NCBI GenBank assembly: GCA_039545335.1
Contig: BCIN01000002.1
Coordinates: 2,882,678 to 2,946,677, forward strand
Direction of reading: 5' to 3'
DNA from: Kondoa subrosea
Lineage: Eukaryota
DNA: 64,000 nucleotides
Shown: positions 35,330 through 47,328 of the stretch, piece after piece
Layout of the letters: every line of letters starts with the position of its first letter
How positions within the stretch are numbered: position 1 is the stretch's first letter
Notes under the pieces: generated by a model
The model's input: only the letters and a program-made list of their open reading frames with translations
What the model was told of the DNA's origin: nothing
Database searches by the model: none
Made by a program: the position numbers and the translations under genes

Positions 35330-37256
35330 ATGCGGTTATTCGACTTGCAAGATTTGGAGCAATCGACAGTGTATCAACGAACAGCGCAATGGTGGGAACG
35401 TATACCTAATCGGACAGCAATCATAGCAGCCTCAGTCCTTTCATTTGCACTGCTGGTCTACTCTTTCTCTCCTTCACGCAAACAGATGTCGCCTTCTGTA
35501 ACAGCTTCGCCAGCTCATTACTTATCAACCGATTATATACCAGATGCTCTATCGGATCTGATTACGCCTAATTTCACTTTGTCAAAAGAGGATGGAATGT
35601 ACTATCCACCAAATATTCAACCTGCTACTCTGAACACTTATGCTAGAGCTAAAGCTACTCTAGTCTCGCTTGTCCGGAATAGTGAATTGCAAGGGATGTT
35701 GAGCAGCATGAAAGAGATTGAAAGCGCTTTCAACAGGAAAGCTCAATATCCTTGGGTATTCCTCAGTTAGTACTGGTCCTAATAGGAGAAGATACGATTG
35801 ATAAAGCCGGAGTATAGATGAAGAAAATTTCTCGGAAGAGTTCAAGAAGGGCGTGAGAAAGATGACTAGGAGTAAGATTATCTTTGGTCGAGTAGAGAAA
35901 GAAATGTGGGGTTATCCTGTGCGCCTTCTATCATTCAATGAAATACTGAGGCTAAACGTGAATCTAGAGCTGGATAGACCAAGATAAAGCAGCGGAAACA
36001 AGGAAAAAGATGACTGAGCAAGGTGTCTTTTATGGCGATAGCGAATCATATAGACACATGTGTCGTTTCAACTCTGGGTAGGCATTTCTATTTACGCTCA
36101 AATGTATCGCTGATGTCCGTTCTAGCTTCTTCTATCGACATCCTTTGCTGATGGAATTCGATTACTATTGGCGAGTTGAACCCAATGTCAAGTTCTTCTG
36201 CGATATAGACTATGATGTGGGTAACAGCCATCAATTCAGTATTCGTGCTGTCTTGATGCTTCAAAATGCCCACAGCCTTTCCTGTTCATGCAGCAGAATA
36301 ATTTAGCCTATGGTTTCACGATAGCTGTAACAGAGTATGCTGACGTTCTTACCTTCCTCAAGTCGGTTGCTGATGATCAAACTGGCAGACTGCGAAGCAC
36401 GATAGAGACTCTGTGGTCGACGGTTCAAGAATTCATCAAACTACATCCATCTTATTTAGCTAAAGACAATGCTTTGGGTTTCGTAGTTGACGATGCAAAG
36501 AAAGGGATGAAAGCAGATTACAATCTTTGTGTGAGTGTTATCATTTCGATTACTTTGCTTGAAGCTAATCCTGAAGTAGCATTTTTGGAGTAAGCTGAAG
36601 TCGGAAACATGCAAGGCTTTGCTCATAAATGACCAGGTAATTTCGAGATTGGCGATCTGAGGTTTTGGAGAAGCAAGGAGTATTCAGATGTATGTCTCGC
36701 TATGCGGAAAAGAGTTTCAGCTGAAAACTAATGCATCGTCAGTTCTTTGACTTCCTAGACCAGAAAGGAGGTTTCTTGTGAGTGTGCGATTGATGCGATG
36801 TAGCTAAAGCTCAGGTTGAAATATAGTTACGAGCGTTGGGGAGAGTAAGCGTCTGTCGTTCTTTTATTTTGCCTCGTCTTAAGTGTATTGCCAGCGCACC
36901 TGTCCACTCCATAGGTAAGATCACATTGATTTGTCTTCTGCAATCTGCTGATCTGTTCAAGTAGCTGCGGCTCTGCTTCTGCCGCGAAAACGAATACATC
37001 ACTTCAATGACATCGGGTATCAACATGGTATGCATTTATGATGTTTGCGCAAATGCACTACTAAGATTACAACAGATTCCTTCATACATTGTCCGGCTGG
37101 AAAATCGTTTGAGGGCGGGAAATGTGCTTGCGATTCAGCAGATTGTGCGTTGCTTTTCTTCATAGGCGAGAATGAGCTGAATATAGATCGGTTGCAGCAT
37201 ACGAGAGAGATGGACCTAAATGTATAGATCAATGGAGGAGGATAGCTGGAACATAG
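35330..37256 (+). CDS. Alpha-1,2-mannosyltransferase, GT15 (Kre2/Mnt1/Ktr family)
   Basis: Type II anchor; [58 protein letters not shown] and GGFFYERWGDAPVHSI motifs. Confidence 0.93.
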
Positions 37257-37303
37257 CTATACTCACGCGTTTTGACTTCGACACTCAAAGGTTACTGTCA
37301 CTA

Positions 37304-38325
37304 CTATTCCTCTTTCTTCAATCTTTTGTGTTTCTCGTCGGCATCTGACCCAGCAGCGAAAGGAGATAGCTTCCGCTTGACACCAAGCAAAGGCTTTTAG
37401 TCCAGCTCTTCTTCCTTCTTGATATCTTCCTCCTTCTTCAACCTCTTATACTTTCTTTCGTTCCCAACTTCATCCGTCTCTTCGTCGACTGAGTTGGATG
37501 GGTCAGTCGACTCTAGCTTGCGCTTAATTCCGAACAAATTCATTTCAATCTCGTCGTCCTTCTTTACCCTTTTATATCTCTCTTCACCACTTGAATCATC
37601 ACTCTCATTGTCCTCGGACGAGCTAGAAGAATCCAGATCCCGCTGAGTATCAAGCAAAGGTTTGAAGTCGAGCTTCTCTTCTTTCTTCATATTGCATCCT
37701 CCTGCCGTTTGTGCCAGTTCTAAAACGCTTTGTAGCTGACCCTCGACTTCAGTATTTTCCTCGATGTTCCTTCGCTCTGCTTCCTCTGCCAGTCGTACAG
37801 CGTTCCTTATCTTCTTCCGTTCCTTTAACTGTATCTTCCGCCTGGCCTTCTTCTTCGCAGTTTTGGCTGCTCTCTTTTCTTTAGCAGCCTCGATCACATC
37901 TCTCCTCTCTCTCTCCAAGGACGAAGCCCATTGAGCATTGATTCTTTTAGCGACGGACATAATATTCGGAAAGTCGACATGAAAACCAGGGAATTCGTTC
38001 CGGCACTTGCTGCGAATAACATGCAATCTGTGATCTTTACTGCCTTTGTTCTTGACTAACTTGTTATCGTAGATATTTCGCAGAGACTGAAAGAGAAAAG
38101 GTGACGGCAGTACTCCATTCCGATATTTGGGCGTTACGCGATCTCTGTTAGTTTGAGGGAATCGGACACCTTCAAAATGAGCTTGAATCGTTTCTGCTGA
38201 GGCTTTTTGCCAATATTCCCTGCACGATAGCTAAGCTTCGCGATTATATAGCTCCCATAGATAGCTTACAGGCATACATCGTTATATGAAGCTTTGCCGA
38301 AGAAGAGACTTCGAGGCGCGATCAT
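37304..38325 (-). CDS. Lys/Glu-rich hypothetical (probably nuclear) protein with C-terminal repeats; in-frame TAA at 37397-37399
   Basis: MIAPRSLFFGKASYND, a 47-nt intron, then LSCREYWQ... continuing into the 209-aa ORF. Repeated KRKL and KRLKKEE units continue past the TAA to TAG-TAG-TGA at 37298-37306. Confidence 0.6.
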
Positions 38326-38802
38326 GATAGAGAAGAAAGGAAAGAGTATAGTACAGGAAGATGATAGCGCTCGAGGAACTTCTTTGAAGCAGCAATGGAA
38401 CCCGTTCGAGCACACAGGAGCAACAAAACAGAGTCTGGCTGATCGAGACGTGGAAACTCTGATACAAAGACTACTGAGGGAGCTGTAGGCCTACTAGTAT
38501 TGCCAGATTTGGCTGATGCAGTCGGTCGTCATGGATTCCTGAAAACCCAGTAGTCTAGGTCCTTGTTCCAAACGAAGAGAGACCTGAACCGCTTATTTGC
38601 TGTCTACACACTATCACTTCCACATGTGCACACTTGCTCCTTCAGGCTTTCTCAGAGTCATCACCGCATGCTTGCGCATGAAGTCACATCATGTCACGAA
38701 GTTTAGCGCGTCCGCCGTCACCGAGGTCACCGAGCTGGCTTGGCTTCCTTCCTCTCCCCATCTCTGTGTTGTCTTCTCTGCTGTCATATCCATCTATGCA
38801 GA

Positions 38803-40794
38803 ATGCCAACTCCCAGTGTAGCTGAAAAGGGCTGGACCGCGCAGGCAGACGGATCATATGAACGCGCGCTGTACGGTCATGAATTTATCCTCTTATATGT
38901 CAAGTAAGTCCAAACACTTTTATTACAGTGGTCTTGAACGCTGACTCTTGACATTACAGTCGACCAAATCCAAACTTCGGTCTTGGTACGTTGATCCTGA
39001 GCATTCTATCATTCTTTCTGATATAAATTGACCAGGCGGCCAGATCACCTTCCGCACAAAGACGCCTATTTCCACCAAAGCTTTCGATGAACAGCTCAAA
39101 TCAGCTTGGTCCAGGTTACGTTACCGATTCCCTGAAGTAGCTGTAAGAGGGACTGTCACTGATTGGGATGAACCGTCGACCTTGAAACTCTCCTACACAC
39201 CAGCAGACAATAACTCGATCAAGGAATGGGTCGACCATACTGTCTTGAATCAAGGAGCCATGAGTGCTGATCGACTCTACGAGCAAGTCTTGGGTTTTAC
39301 TGTCAAGCCGAACGATGTATACCAGGCCATCATCAAATATGCGCCCGACAATGAGGGTGATTGTTCTACCTTTCATCTGTTGTGAGTACTTGCGAACTTG
39401 TACATAAACAAGAAGAGAAAGCTTATTTGTCGCGACGAAGCTTCACAATTGGTCATTGGCTCACGGACGGAAGAGGTTTGTTCATGCTATATGAGCAATT
39501 ATTGCAATTCATCGAAAGGCCGTCCGCCCCTCTGGAATGGGGTAAAGAAATTGACAACCTACAGCCGACTTTTGTAAGTGCCTCCGTTACTGCTTTAGAG
39601 AAGGCAGCTGCTTATTCTTGCTTTAGACTGTTGCAGTTGGCTTGCGCAAACATGGATCAGAGGGTCTCTTGAATGAAGTGGAAGGTTACGATGAGATGCT
39701 TGATGCCCTCATGAAGGGTATGGCTACAACTATGGTCAGTCTTCCATGTCTGACCGTCTTACATACTGACGCTGCTGTATAGCCTGCTTACGCTGGACCA
39801 CCCATTTCTCCGCATCCTGTCAAACCTCGACCGGGAAACACCATCTCTATGCTTACAAGTCAAATCCGATATACATCTGATGAAACAAAGAAATTCGTTG
39901 CTGCTTGTCGTCAGAAGCAGACCGGTGTCGGATCTCTTTTTGCGGTCTTGTCGCTACTCGCTTCCGTTACGTTTGACTGTCCGGATTCCATTGCACGACT
40001 AGAAGCCTCTAAGTCCATCCAGATTGCAACACCTATAGACTCTCGATTCAAGGTCAAGGAAGAATTTGGCGGTCCTGAAAACTACTTTTCGACTATCAGT
40101 CAGTTTAATCATTGACTGTTTACGAATACAGAGTGCTTAGATAGTGTCAAAACAGTCAGCGCCGTTCCTGTTACATTCGATGCTGTCGAAGCTTTGGCAT
40201 TGATCAAATCACCGGATACTCCAGAATTCAAAGCTAGGCTATGGGAGTTTGCTGCAAAGGTAAAAAAAGACTTGCTCGCAGCGAAAGTACGTCATTAGTC
40301 AATCCTTCTTCCTCATAATTGATATTCTTTACAGGCTGACGATACTTTCCTCAAGCATACACCTAGATTCAGCAGCGAAGTCTACCCTAAAATGCGCGAG
40401 TTCCCTCAATTATGAACCTAGGCATCTTGCTTATGTCTTTCCTTGACACAGTGGATGAAGCTTATTATGACGCTAAAGCAATTGGGACCTTCTATTCATC
40501 ACCTGGGAAAATGACCGATTACGTGCCTTCTGCTTTCAACAAATCCAACAATTGGACAGCCGAAGATCTCAGACAGAGTCACTCAAGTTGTTTAAGTCAG
40601 ATCTTTCTTCTAGTTTGGGGTAAGTATACCTTATTGCGACAATACAGAATGTCTCTGATTTCGTTTTGATCATTTAAGAATGGAATGGCGAACTTATTGT
40701 CGATTGTTTCATTGGCGAAGATAAGATGAGTCAAGAGAAGCTGGATTGCTATACTAGCGAGATGCGAAAGTGGGGAGAAAGAGCTCTTTCATAA
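38803..40794 (+). CDS. CoA-dependent acyltransferase (HXXXDG; alcohol acetyltransferase/Tri3-like fold)
   Basis: N-terminal W...YERALYGHE, AWSRLRYRFPEVA, catalytic GHWLTDGRG, TKKFVAACRQKQT, IATPIDSRF and TFYSSPGKM motifs; multiple introns. Confidence 0.75.
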
Positions 40795-41105
40795 GACTAC
40801 GAAGGCGCGAGAGAGCTAACTGAAAGAAGATAACGTCATACTGAATATCAAGTCTTTCAGGAAAGATAAGGAAATATGGTGCAGGTTAAATCCAAGTCAT
40901 AGTATTAGCAAATAGTAGCTTTGAAACGCTTGCAGTCACCAGAATACCGTACTTCGCTGTTTTCCGCAAACCATTATTACGAAATTGACACGAGAGTGTT
41001 TCATTCTTATTCGCCTTCATACTGTTAGGAGCTGTTCATGATCTCTTGCTGAGTCTTGGATCGCGTCTTGGATCGCAGCATTGACGATAAATTGTAAAGA
41101 AAACA

Positions 41106-42268
41106 ATGCAACCGATTCCAGCACCGAAGCAGCAAACACTCTTCTCGCTGGGTGTGACCTCTGGTAAATCAGGCAGGGCCTCAAGCAGCAAATCTATTAG
41201 ACAAAACAGAACAAGCAAGACTCCAATCACGACAACGAAACGCGATCAGCCATCTGCTAGTACATCCTCTTCTACTCCGGCTCAGGATATCGAGAACATA
41301 GATGAGCTGCCTGTGAAGAAGAGCAAGAGGTTTGATCGAAACGAGCTGAAGAAATCAGATAACCTCATTGTAAATCTTCCATTTCGCATTGATTCACCGC
41401 AGTATCTTATGCATGAAACAGACAAACTCTACAGCTTATGAAAGAGCTTTTCACTACGTTACCGGTGCTTCGGGTCATCAGCAATCCAACGGCCGTTCCT
41501 CTACTGTTTTATCAAGCTGGAGTAAAACTAGACATGCGAAACTTTCTTTTCAAGCACCAGAAGCGGAAACCAGAATCTTCAAAGGGGTAGTCGCTTATTT
41601 AAGTGGGTATCAAGGTGATGAAGTAGGTAATCTGGAAATGGAATGTCTGTTGTTTGAGGGCGGTGGATCTACTTTGCATGCGTTTTCGAAGAGCAGAGTT
41701 ACTCGTGCGTATTTACTCCGTCGTAATACAATTAAGCTAATATACGAGACAGACATCATCACTTCCTCTGGCTTGAGTGGAAAGAAACAGCAGCAGTACA
41801 TTACCGGTCGCCGAAGCACAACTCGCATTGTCAGACCAGAGTGGTAGGCGTTACTATCGTCTTTGCATCTATTATGCTAAGCTTCATTGGTTTTGAACAG
41901 GGTTTTAGATTCTCTCCATGCTGGAGCAAGGAAACCAGAATCAGATTACTCCGTTTTGGAACTCGAAGTACATTCATTCCTCCTCTATACTACCGCCTTC
42001 TGACTATTAAAGCAGACCCAACCATCGCTTAAACAAGTCTTACCGCTCGCTAAACCACTACCATCGGACGTAGAAGTAACGAAAAGAGATAAAGATGAGA
42101 AAAGTCGATTAGCTGCTGAAGATGATTTGAGATGGTTGGAAGCTAGTAAAGCGAAGAAAGAGGAGTGGATCTCCATTTATGAACTACCTCCCAGTGTCAG
42201 TTTGCTCTTTTCTTCTACTGCAAATTGTTGCTGAAGTTAGGCTGTTGTGACAGGCTCAACGGTGCTAG
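41106..42268 (+). CDS. BRCT-domain protein (fungal, Rev1-N-like BRCT)
   Basis: IFKGVVAYLSGY...LFEGGG...VTHIITSSGLSGKK...IVRPEWVLDSLHAGARKPESDY is a BRCT signature; upstream ASGHQQS motif. Confidence 0.8.
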
Positions 42269-42283
42269 GTTAGCGGTGTATGG

Positions 42284-42321
42284 CTCTCACATGGGTTTCA
42301 GTCTCTCACATGGCTTTCAGT
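42284..42321 (+). repeat. 19-bp tandem duplication (2 copies, 1 mismatch)
   Basis: ctctcacatgggtttcagt / ctctcacatggctttcagt. Confidence 0.85.
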
Positions 42322-42662
42322 CGTCTTCTTGACTCCGCAGCACTATCTCTCAGCATTTGTTGAAGCTTTCTTCATCTCCATCGTCGTTCTTCTGCACGTT
42401 CAGTACAGTCAAATTGTATCTTCAATCAATCAGTTCAGTTCAGTCTCAAGATCTCAGTCCAGATCAATGTAAATCAACTCATTTCACCGATGTAACAGGG
42501 AAGTCTGTCTCTATTGTATACACAATCATACTATAACTATTCTGCTTGTAATATATTGCATTTTTAACATTTTGGCACAGGGCGCGCGCGTGTGATGGGA
42601 GGTTTGCTTTTGGTTGTAAACTCGATTTGGTTTCGATCTGGGAAGATTTTACTTCCCCTTCT

Positions 42663-42707
42663 TTCTTCTTCTTCTTCTTCTTCTTCTTCTTCTTCTTCTT
42701 CTTCTTC
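42663..42707 (+). repeat. (TTC)~15 microsatellite
   Basis: Perfect TTC run just upstream of the gene at 42752. Confidence 0.95.
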
Positions 42708-42751
42708 CTTTCCTTTTTCCTCTCTATAAGCTGTCTGTGGTCTGATGTGCC

Positions 42752-43806
42752 AATGCTCAGTAAGTTTCTCTAATTTGGCCGCGTAGCATTTTCGAACTGA
42801 TCTTGTATGAAGATCTGGACAAATCAAAAGCACATCAATCTTCCTTTCGCTCAGTGAAAGCTCAACAAGCCTATAATCTAACTCTACAGCATTATGGCCA
42901 ACAACTCATGTCGCCCAATCTTTCCTTGAAAGACCAGGTTTATGGTTGCATGAGAGCGAACTGTCCTGCACGAAGACTACAAGTATGCAGATATGTTACG
43001 AATGGCGTTACTCCTGCTGGATTGGACATTGGGTTTTGGTATGAGGGAGATCCGACGAGAAGCGAAACAGAAGGAAGAGCTTTAGAGAGCGAAATGGCGC
43101 TGCGTAAGATAGGAAGAGATGAAGCTGTAAATTGGCCTGTGAAGAGTGCGAGTGGACAGGTGAGCTCTCAGTGTCAAAGATGGATCCGGACCGAGAAGGT
43201 TTTATAGATCAAGATTATATTAGATCGGTTGATCTCGAATATGATTCGCGAGGTATATGATCAAGATTTTGATGATGGCAATGTAAGCTCGCCTTTGCAA
43301 AAAACAACTTAGATTCTCATCTTTAATGTCTTTACAGCATCGTACAGCAATCATGACTCTCTTCTTCGGCTTAGCAGAGCACAATCTACTCTGGTCAAGT
43401 GAATTGGACGTGTTTCATGTCTATTGTCTCTTGGCTGGACACCGACCTGCTTTCTTTTGGACGAAATCAGATATCTGCCACAAAAGATCACAACTTCTGA
43501 ACTACCTTGAAGCTCTTCTATTTCGACCTCTACATGTAGATCATCAGCAATTCGTGCAATCACTGCACTTTGTAGCACAGCAAGTGAAGAAGATCCCTTT
43601 CCGGCGAGCTGAACTTGAAGCGAATCTTGTCGACTGCAAAGAGCTGGATAGTATGACTCGGTCATATGCTTCGGTGCTGTATGCGAAGTATGGCTAAAGC
43701 GAAAGACTAGGTGCTGTTCTTGCAGTGTGTAGGAGATTGCCTGTATTCATCTCAACGCTCGTTAGGCGAACTTAATGATGCTCTGTTTTCGTCAGATAGT
43801 ATATAG
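42752..43806 (+). CDS. Hypothetical protein, multi-exon
   Basis: ATGCTCA|GTAAGT first exon joins the 42803-43207 frame, then IKIILDRLISNMIRE and HRTAIMTLFFGLAEHNLL via GT-AG introns. The 3' end is uncertain. Confidence 0.5.
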
Positions 43807-44194
43807 AGCTCGCTGGAGTAGCGAGTAGAACGAACCACGTACAGTACTTGTAATGTGCTTGTAAGCCGATGACTAAGCATGTTGACAAAAATAACTCCCA
43901 TACTTCTTGTTCTGCACCACAATCTGGCTAGTACAGCAGAGCTGGCTCGACAGGCGCAGCACTACCTATCTTATTTGAACGGAATTGGCTCGAGATTCAC
44001 CTGAAAGCGCGGAGTACTGAACACGGCCGTCTAATCGAGCACGAGTCATTGAAGTCAAAGCTATCCCTACTCGAAAGCTCATATTCATCTTATACCACGA
44101 AAACCAGCATCTTCTCATAATCTCAACATCAGAACACATTGGTCCACTGAGATACAGTAATAGCGTTTACACTTCAACTTCAAACTTCAGCTCC

Positions 44195-45776
44195 ATGCTT
44201 GGACTCAAGAAGAAGGCGCCGAGTGTCGTCTTCGATGTGGAAATGGATTACAAGGAAGAGCATCATATTATATAGTCAGTGAAGTTGTCTCTGATCAACG
44301 CAAAGCTGAGCTTGTATACAGTCCAGATTGGCCAGGACAGCAAGATATTCCGGTTGTAGGGACCCTGAAGATTACTGTGCTGCAAGCCGTAAGCTTTAAG
44401 AAGATTGTTCTGAATTATGGCGTGCGTGCGTGAGATTTTTGTCGAAAAGATAGCACAAGCTGATAATTGAATGTCCATCAGGCTTCCGCGTTACTGGACC
44501 CTTACAGCTAGGAGGTACACTATAAATAAATGCCACAGGAAGTCTGGCTGATTGCAGCGGCTAGGTAAACGCGAAAAGGGCATCTTTCCACATCTCGAAC
44601 AAGAACAAACGGTCTTATCGACTCCTCAAGCATTCGCTCCTGGATCATATTCCTTCCGTTTTGAGTTCGTCGAGACACCAGACACCGAAGCCAATGCTTT
44701 TTCGGAATTAGAAGAGCTAGAAGAATGTCCTTCTCCAGGTCGATGTTGCGTTTACCGGTACTTGCGAGCAACGGCAGAATGTAAAGACGGCCAGCTCATA
44801 ACGCAAGATGTTGGCAAATATCACAGGAGCGCAGAAGGTTAGAGCGCTGTAGTGATATCAGTAAGCATGGGCTGACTGCAAATCTCGCAAGGCTGGATTG
44901 AAGCACCTATTCGGTTCTCAGTAACACAGTCGACAGACCCAGCTATGCCTACTTCGGTGTACGAATCTTCTGTGGAATCGCATTCTACCACCTTTGGCGC
45001 GTTCAAGTTGTCTATCGCTTCCGCTCGACTCCTTCTGGGCTCCATGATCGAATTCTCTCTGTTTATTTCTGCCCCGCCCTCTGACATGTCAATGCCGGAA
45101 ATCAGGCTGTTCATCATTCAAAGAACCGACTGGACATCTCCTGTCAACCCAGAACTCGACTGGACAGACACCAACCGCTATCTCATATATGACTCAACAC
45201 AAGACCCGAAAACGACATCATTGCGCTTGCAGAAAGATAAAGCCTTTCGATTTACTACTTTGGCAAGGCTTACAAAAGACGGACTAGGCGTAGCTTGCTC
45301 AACGCATGAGAAGAGTTTTGGAGCGGCTAGGTTTTCCCATACTTTTGATTTCCAATTGGTTGGATCTGCCGAACAGAGGAATGGAAGGCGGAAAATGGTG
45401 ACAGTCTCTCATCCTGTCTTTATTGCCAATGTCAGTCATTCTTATTCTTTCATGCTCATGCTCATAATCTGTGAGTAGTGTGAATTGATACCAGAGCATG
45501 TGGATTTGCCTCGTACGCTTACTTACGCCTTCAGATTTCGCCGCGAACTTACTTTTGTGCCCAGAATATGAACGCGCGCAACCAAAACATCCAGATCAAG
45601 CAGAAGCTCAACCGGAACGACCTAACGATCCGTATTTTTGCTGTTGTGGATATTCTTGGCAACAACTTGAGAAGCTTCACAGACAAGTTGTACCTCCACT
45701 TGATGCCGTTCCTCCTGTTGCTCCGCCAATATCTGAGGAAATCATCAAACCGCCGATTGGCTCGACCTCGATTTGA
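44195..45776 (+). CDS. Arrestin-like (alpha-arrestin fold) protein
   Basis: PVVGTLKITVLQAVSFKKIVL, FAPGSYSFRFEF, GRCCVYRYLRATA and ARFSHTFDFQL...VTVSHPVFI are consistent with Arrestin_N/C beta-sandwiches. Confidence 0.6.
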
Positions 45777-46480
45777 CTGCAAATATCAAAGGACTATGGT
45801 CGGATGTATGAGCATACAGTTTCGATCGGTGCGGCAGTGAATGTAAGCAGACTTGAGTGTTCTAGGTATTTTCGTGGATCTGATGGTGTATCGCGCGATA
45901 GTTAAGCGAGTCTTTCTCTGTGATTGCATGAATAGTTATACACAGGCGCCTATGCTGGACATTCGTAGAGCAACTTAAATGCTAGCTTTTGCGAGTAACT
46001 GTCCTCATTGCTTCTTTTGACTCTTGTCTTCCTGCCTCAGCCATGTCCCGCGTCATCAGCTCACTTATGTTCCTCGGTCTCGAATACACATCTCTGAATG
46101 TGCAGCACTGAACCTGTCCGCCTGCTAGCGTTTCAACATCAAAATACAGTGTAGTATCGTAGTTTCGACCTAGATTTCGATTTCTGCTGAACAGGAGGCT
46201 AGCGAACGAACGACCTTGCGCTTTTCTGCTCTCTCTTCTCTCTCCTTCTTTCCTCACAGGTCAACATTGCAAGCTCTCCTGGTCAACTCAGTTCAGCTCT
46301 CCACTCGCTTTCAGCCAATGCAGCTCGCTTCACCTTTTAATGATCCTGTCCCTCACCGATGCTTGTTTGCAGCAAGATGACAGCAGGCTCTTCATTGAGC
46401 TTGCCTGATTACTATCTTGCTCGCGAATCAAGTTGCTTCCAAAACCAAAAGTCAGGCTCAACTCAACTGAGTTGCAGTCG

Positions 46481-46918
46481 GGTTTTGGTCATTGGGTGGG
46501 ATCGCGTCATCGGCCGGCCTCAGTAGACTGGTTGAGCGAAGATTACTCCCAGTTCTCGAGCGCTTCCATCGGACTTGAGGAAAAGCGCTTGAAGCCCTTC
46601 CTCGAGTTCGATGGTCTCAACAGCAAACTTGGATTTCACCGACTTTCATTATGTGTCCCTACTCCTCATACAACGCTCAAGTTGCAAGCAGTTGACGGTC
46701 CGCCGATTACTAGCTGCTTACAACGTGTGTTTTAAATCCACTTGTCCTGCTTCCCTCTGGAAGTTTTGGCTTTAGTCGTTGGTGAGGAGATGCGATACCG
46801 ACTGGCCTCAGTGGACTGGGAGTTGCAAGAAGGACTCTCCAGCTCCCGAGTGCTTCCACCGAATTTGAAGAGAAGGCGTCTGGTTTTCTCTTTCAAGGTT
46901 GGTGACTTCGACAGCAAG
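46481..46918. repeat. Degenerate direct repeat of ~150 bp (46481-46627 and 46768-46918)
   Basis: ggcctcagtagactgg...gagcgcttccatcggacttgaggaaaag...acagcaa aligns with ggcctcagtggactgg...gagtgcttccaccgaatttgaagagaag...acagcaa. Confidence 0.7.
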
Positions 46919-47328
46919 ATCGACAGCAGGAGAAGATCCTTTTGGCTGAACAGATCCTTTTCTTCGTATGCGTCGGTCTTGTTCCATGTAGCATTCTTCT
47001 AAAATTCGTGAATTTGCAGTAAAGTGATTCTCTGTCGATATGCATCATCAGCAGTGCCTTGTTGTATCGAGCGGAAGTCAGAATAGGGCAATGTAATGAA
47101 TAGCTTCCACATACTTGCTTGTCTGACTTTATGATCAACATCCTGTGCCCACTGTCAATCTGTTTCTTCGACCCGATCCATTCGACCGCTGCAGCCAAAT
47201 CTAATTGAACCAGGACACCGACGTGTGCCTGCCGATGATACCTACGATGCAGCGCATCCCGTGTTCTAACGCATGACAATTCTTCATATCCCGCTTCTGG
47301 CTTTCGGTATATACACCTCGCACGCAGC

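Noticed and set aside
42564..42833. Minus-strand ORF with poly-Glu
   Set aside because: It is just the translation of the (TTC)n microsatellite; no other coding signal.
46148..46158. GTGTAGTATC resembling the U2 branch-recognition sequence
   Set aside because: The flanks do not match U2 stem I or the Sm site; a chance match.
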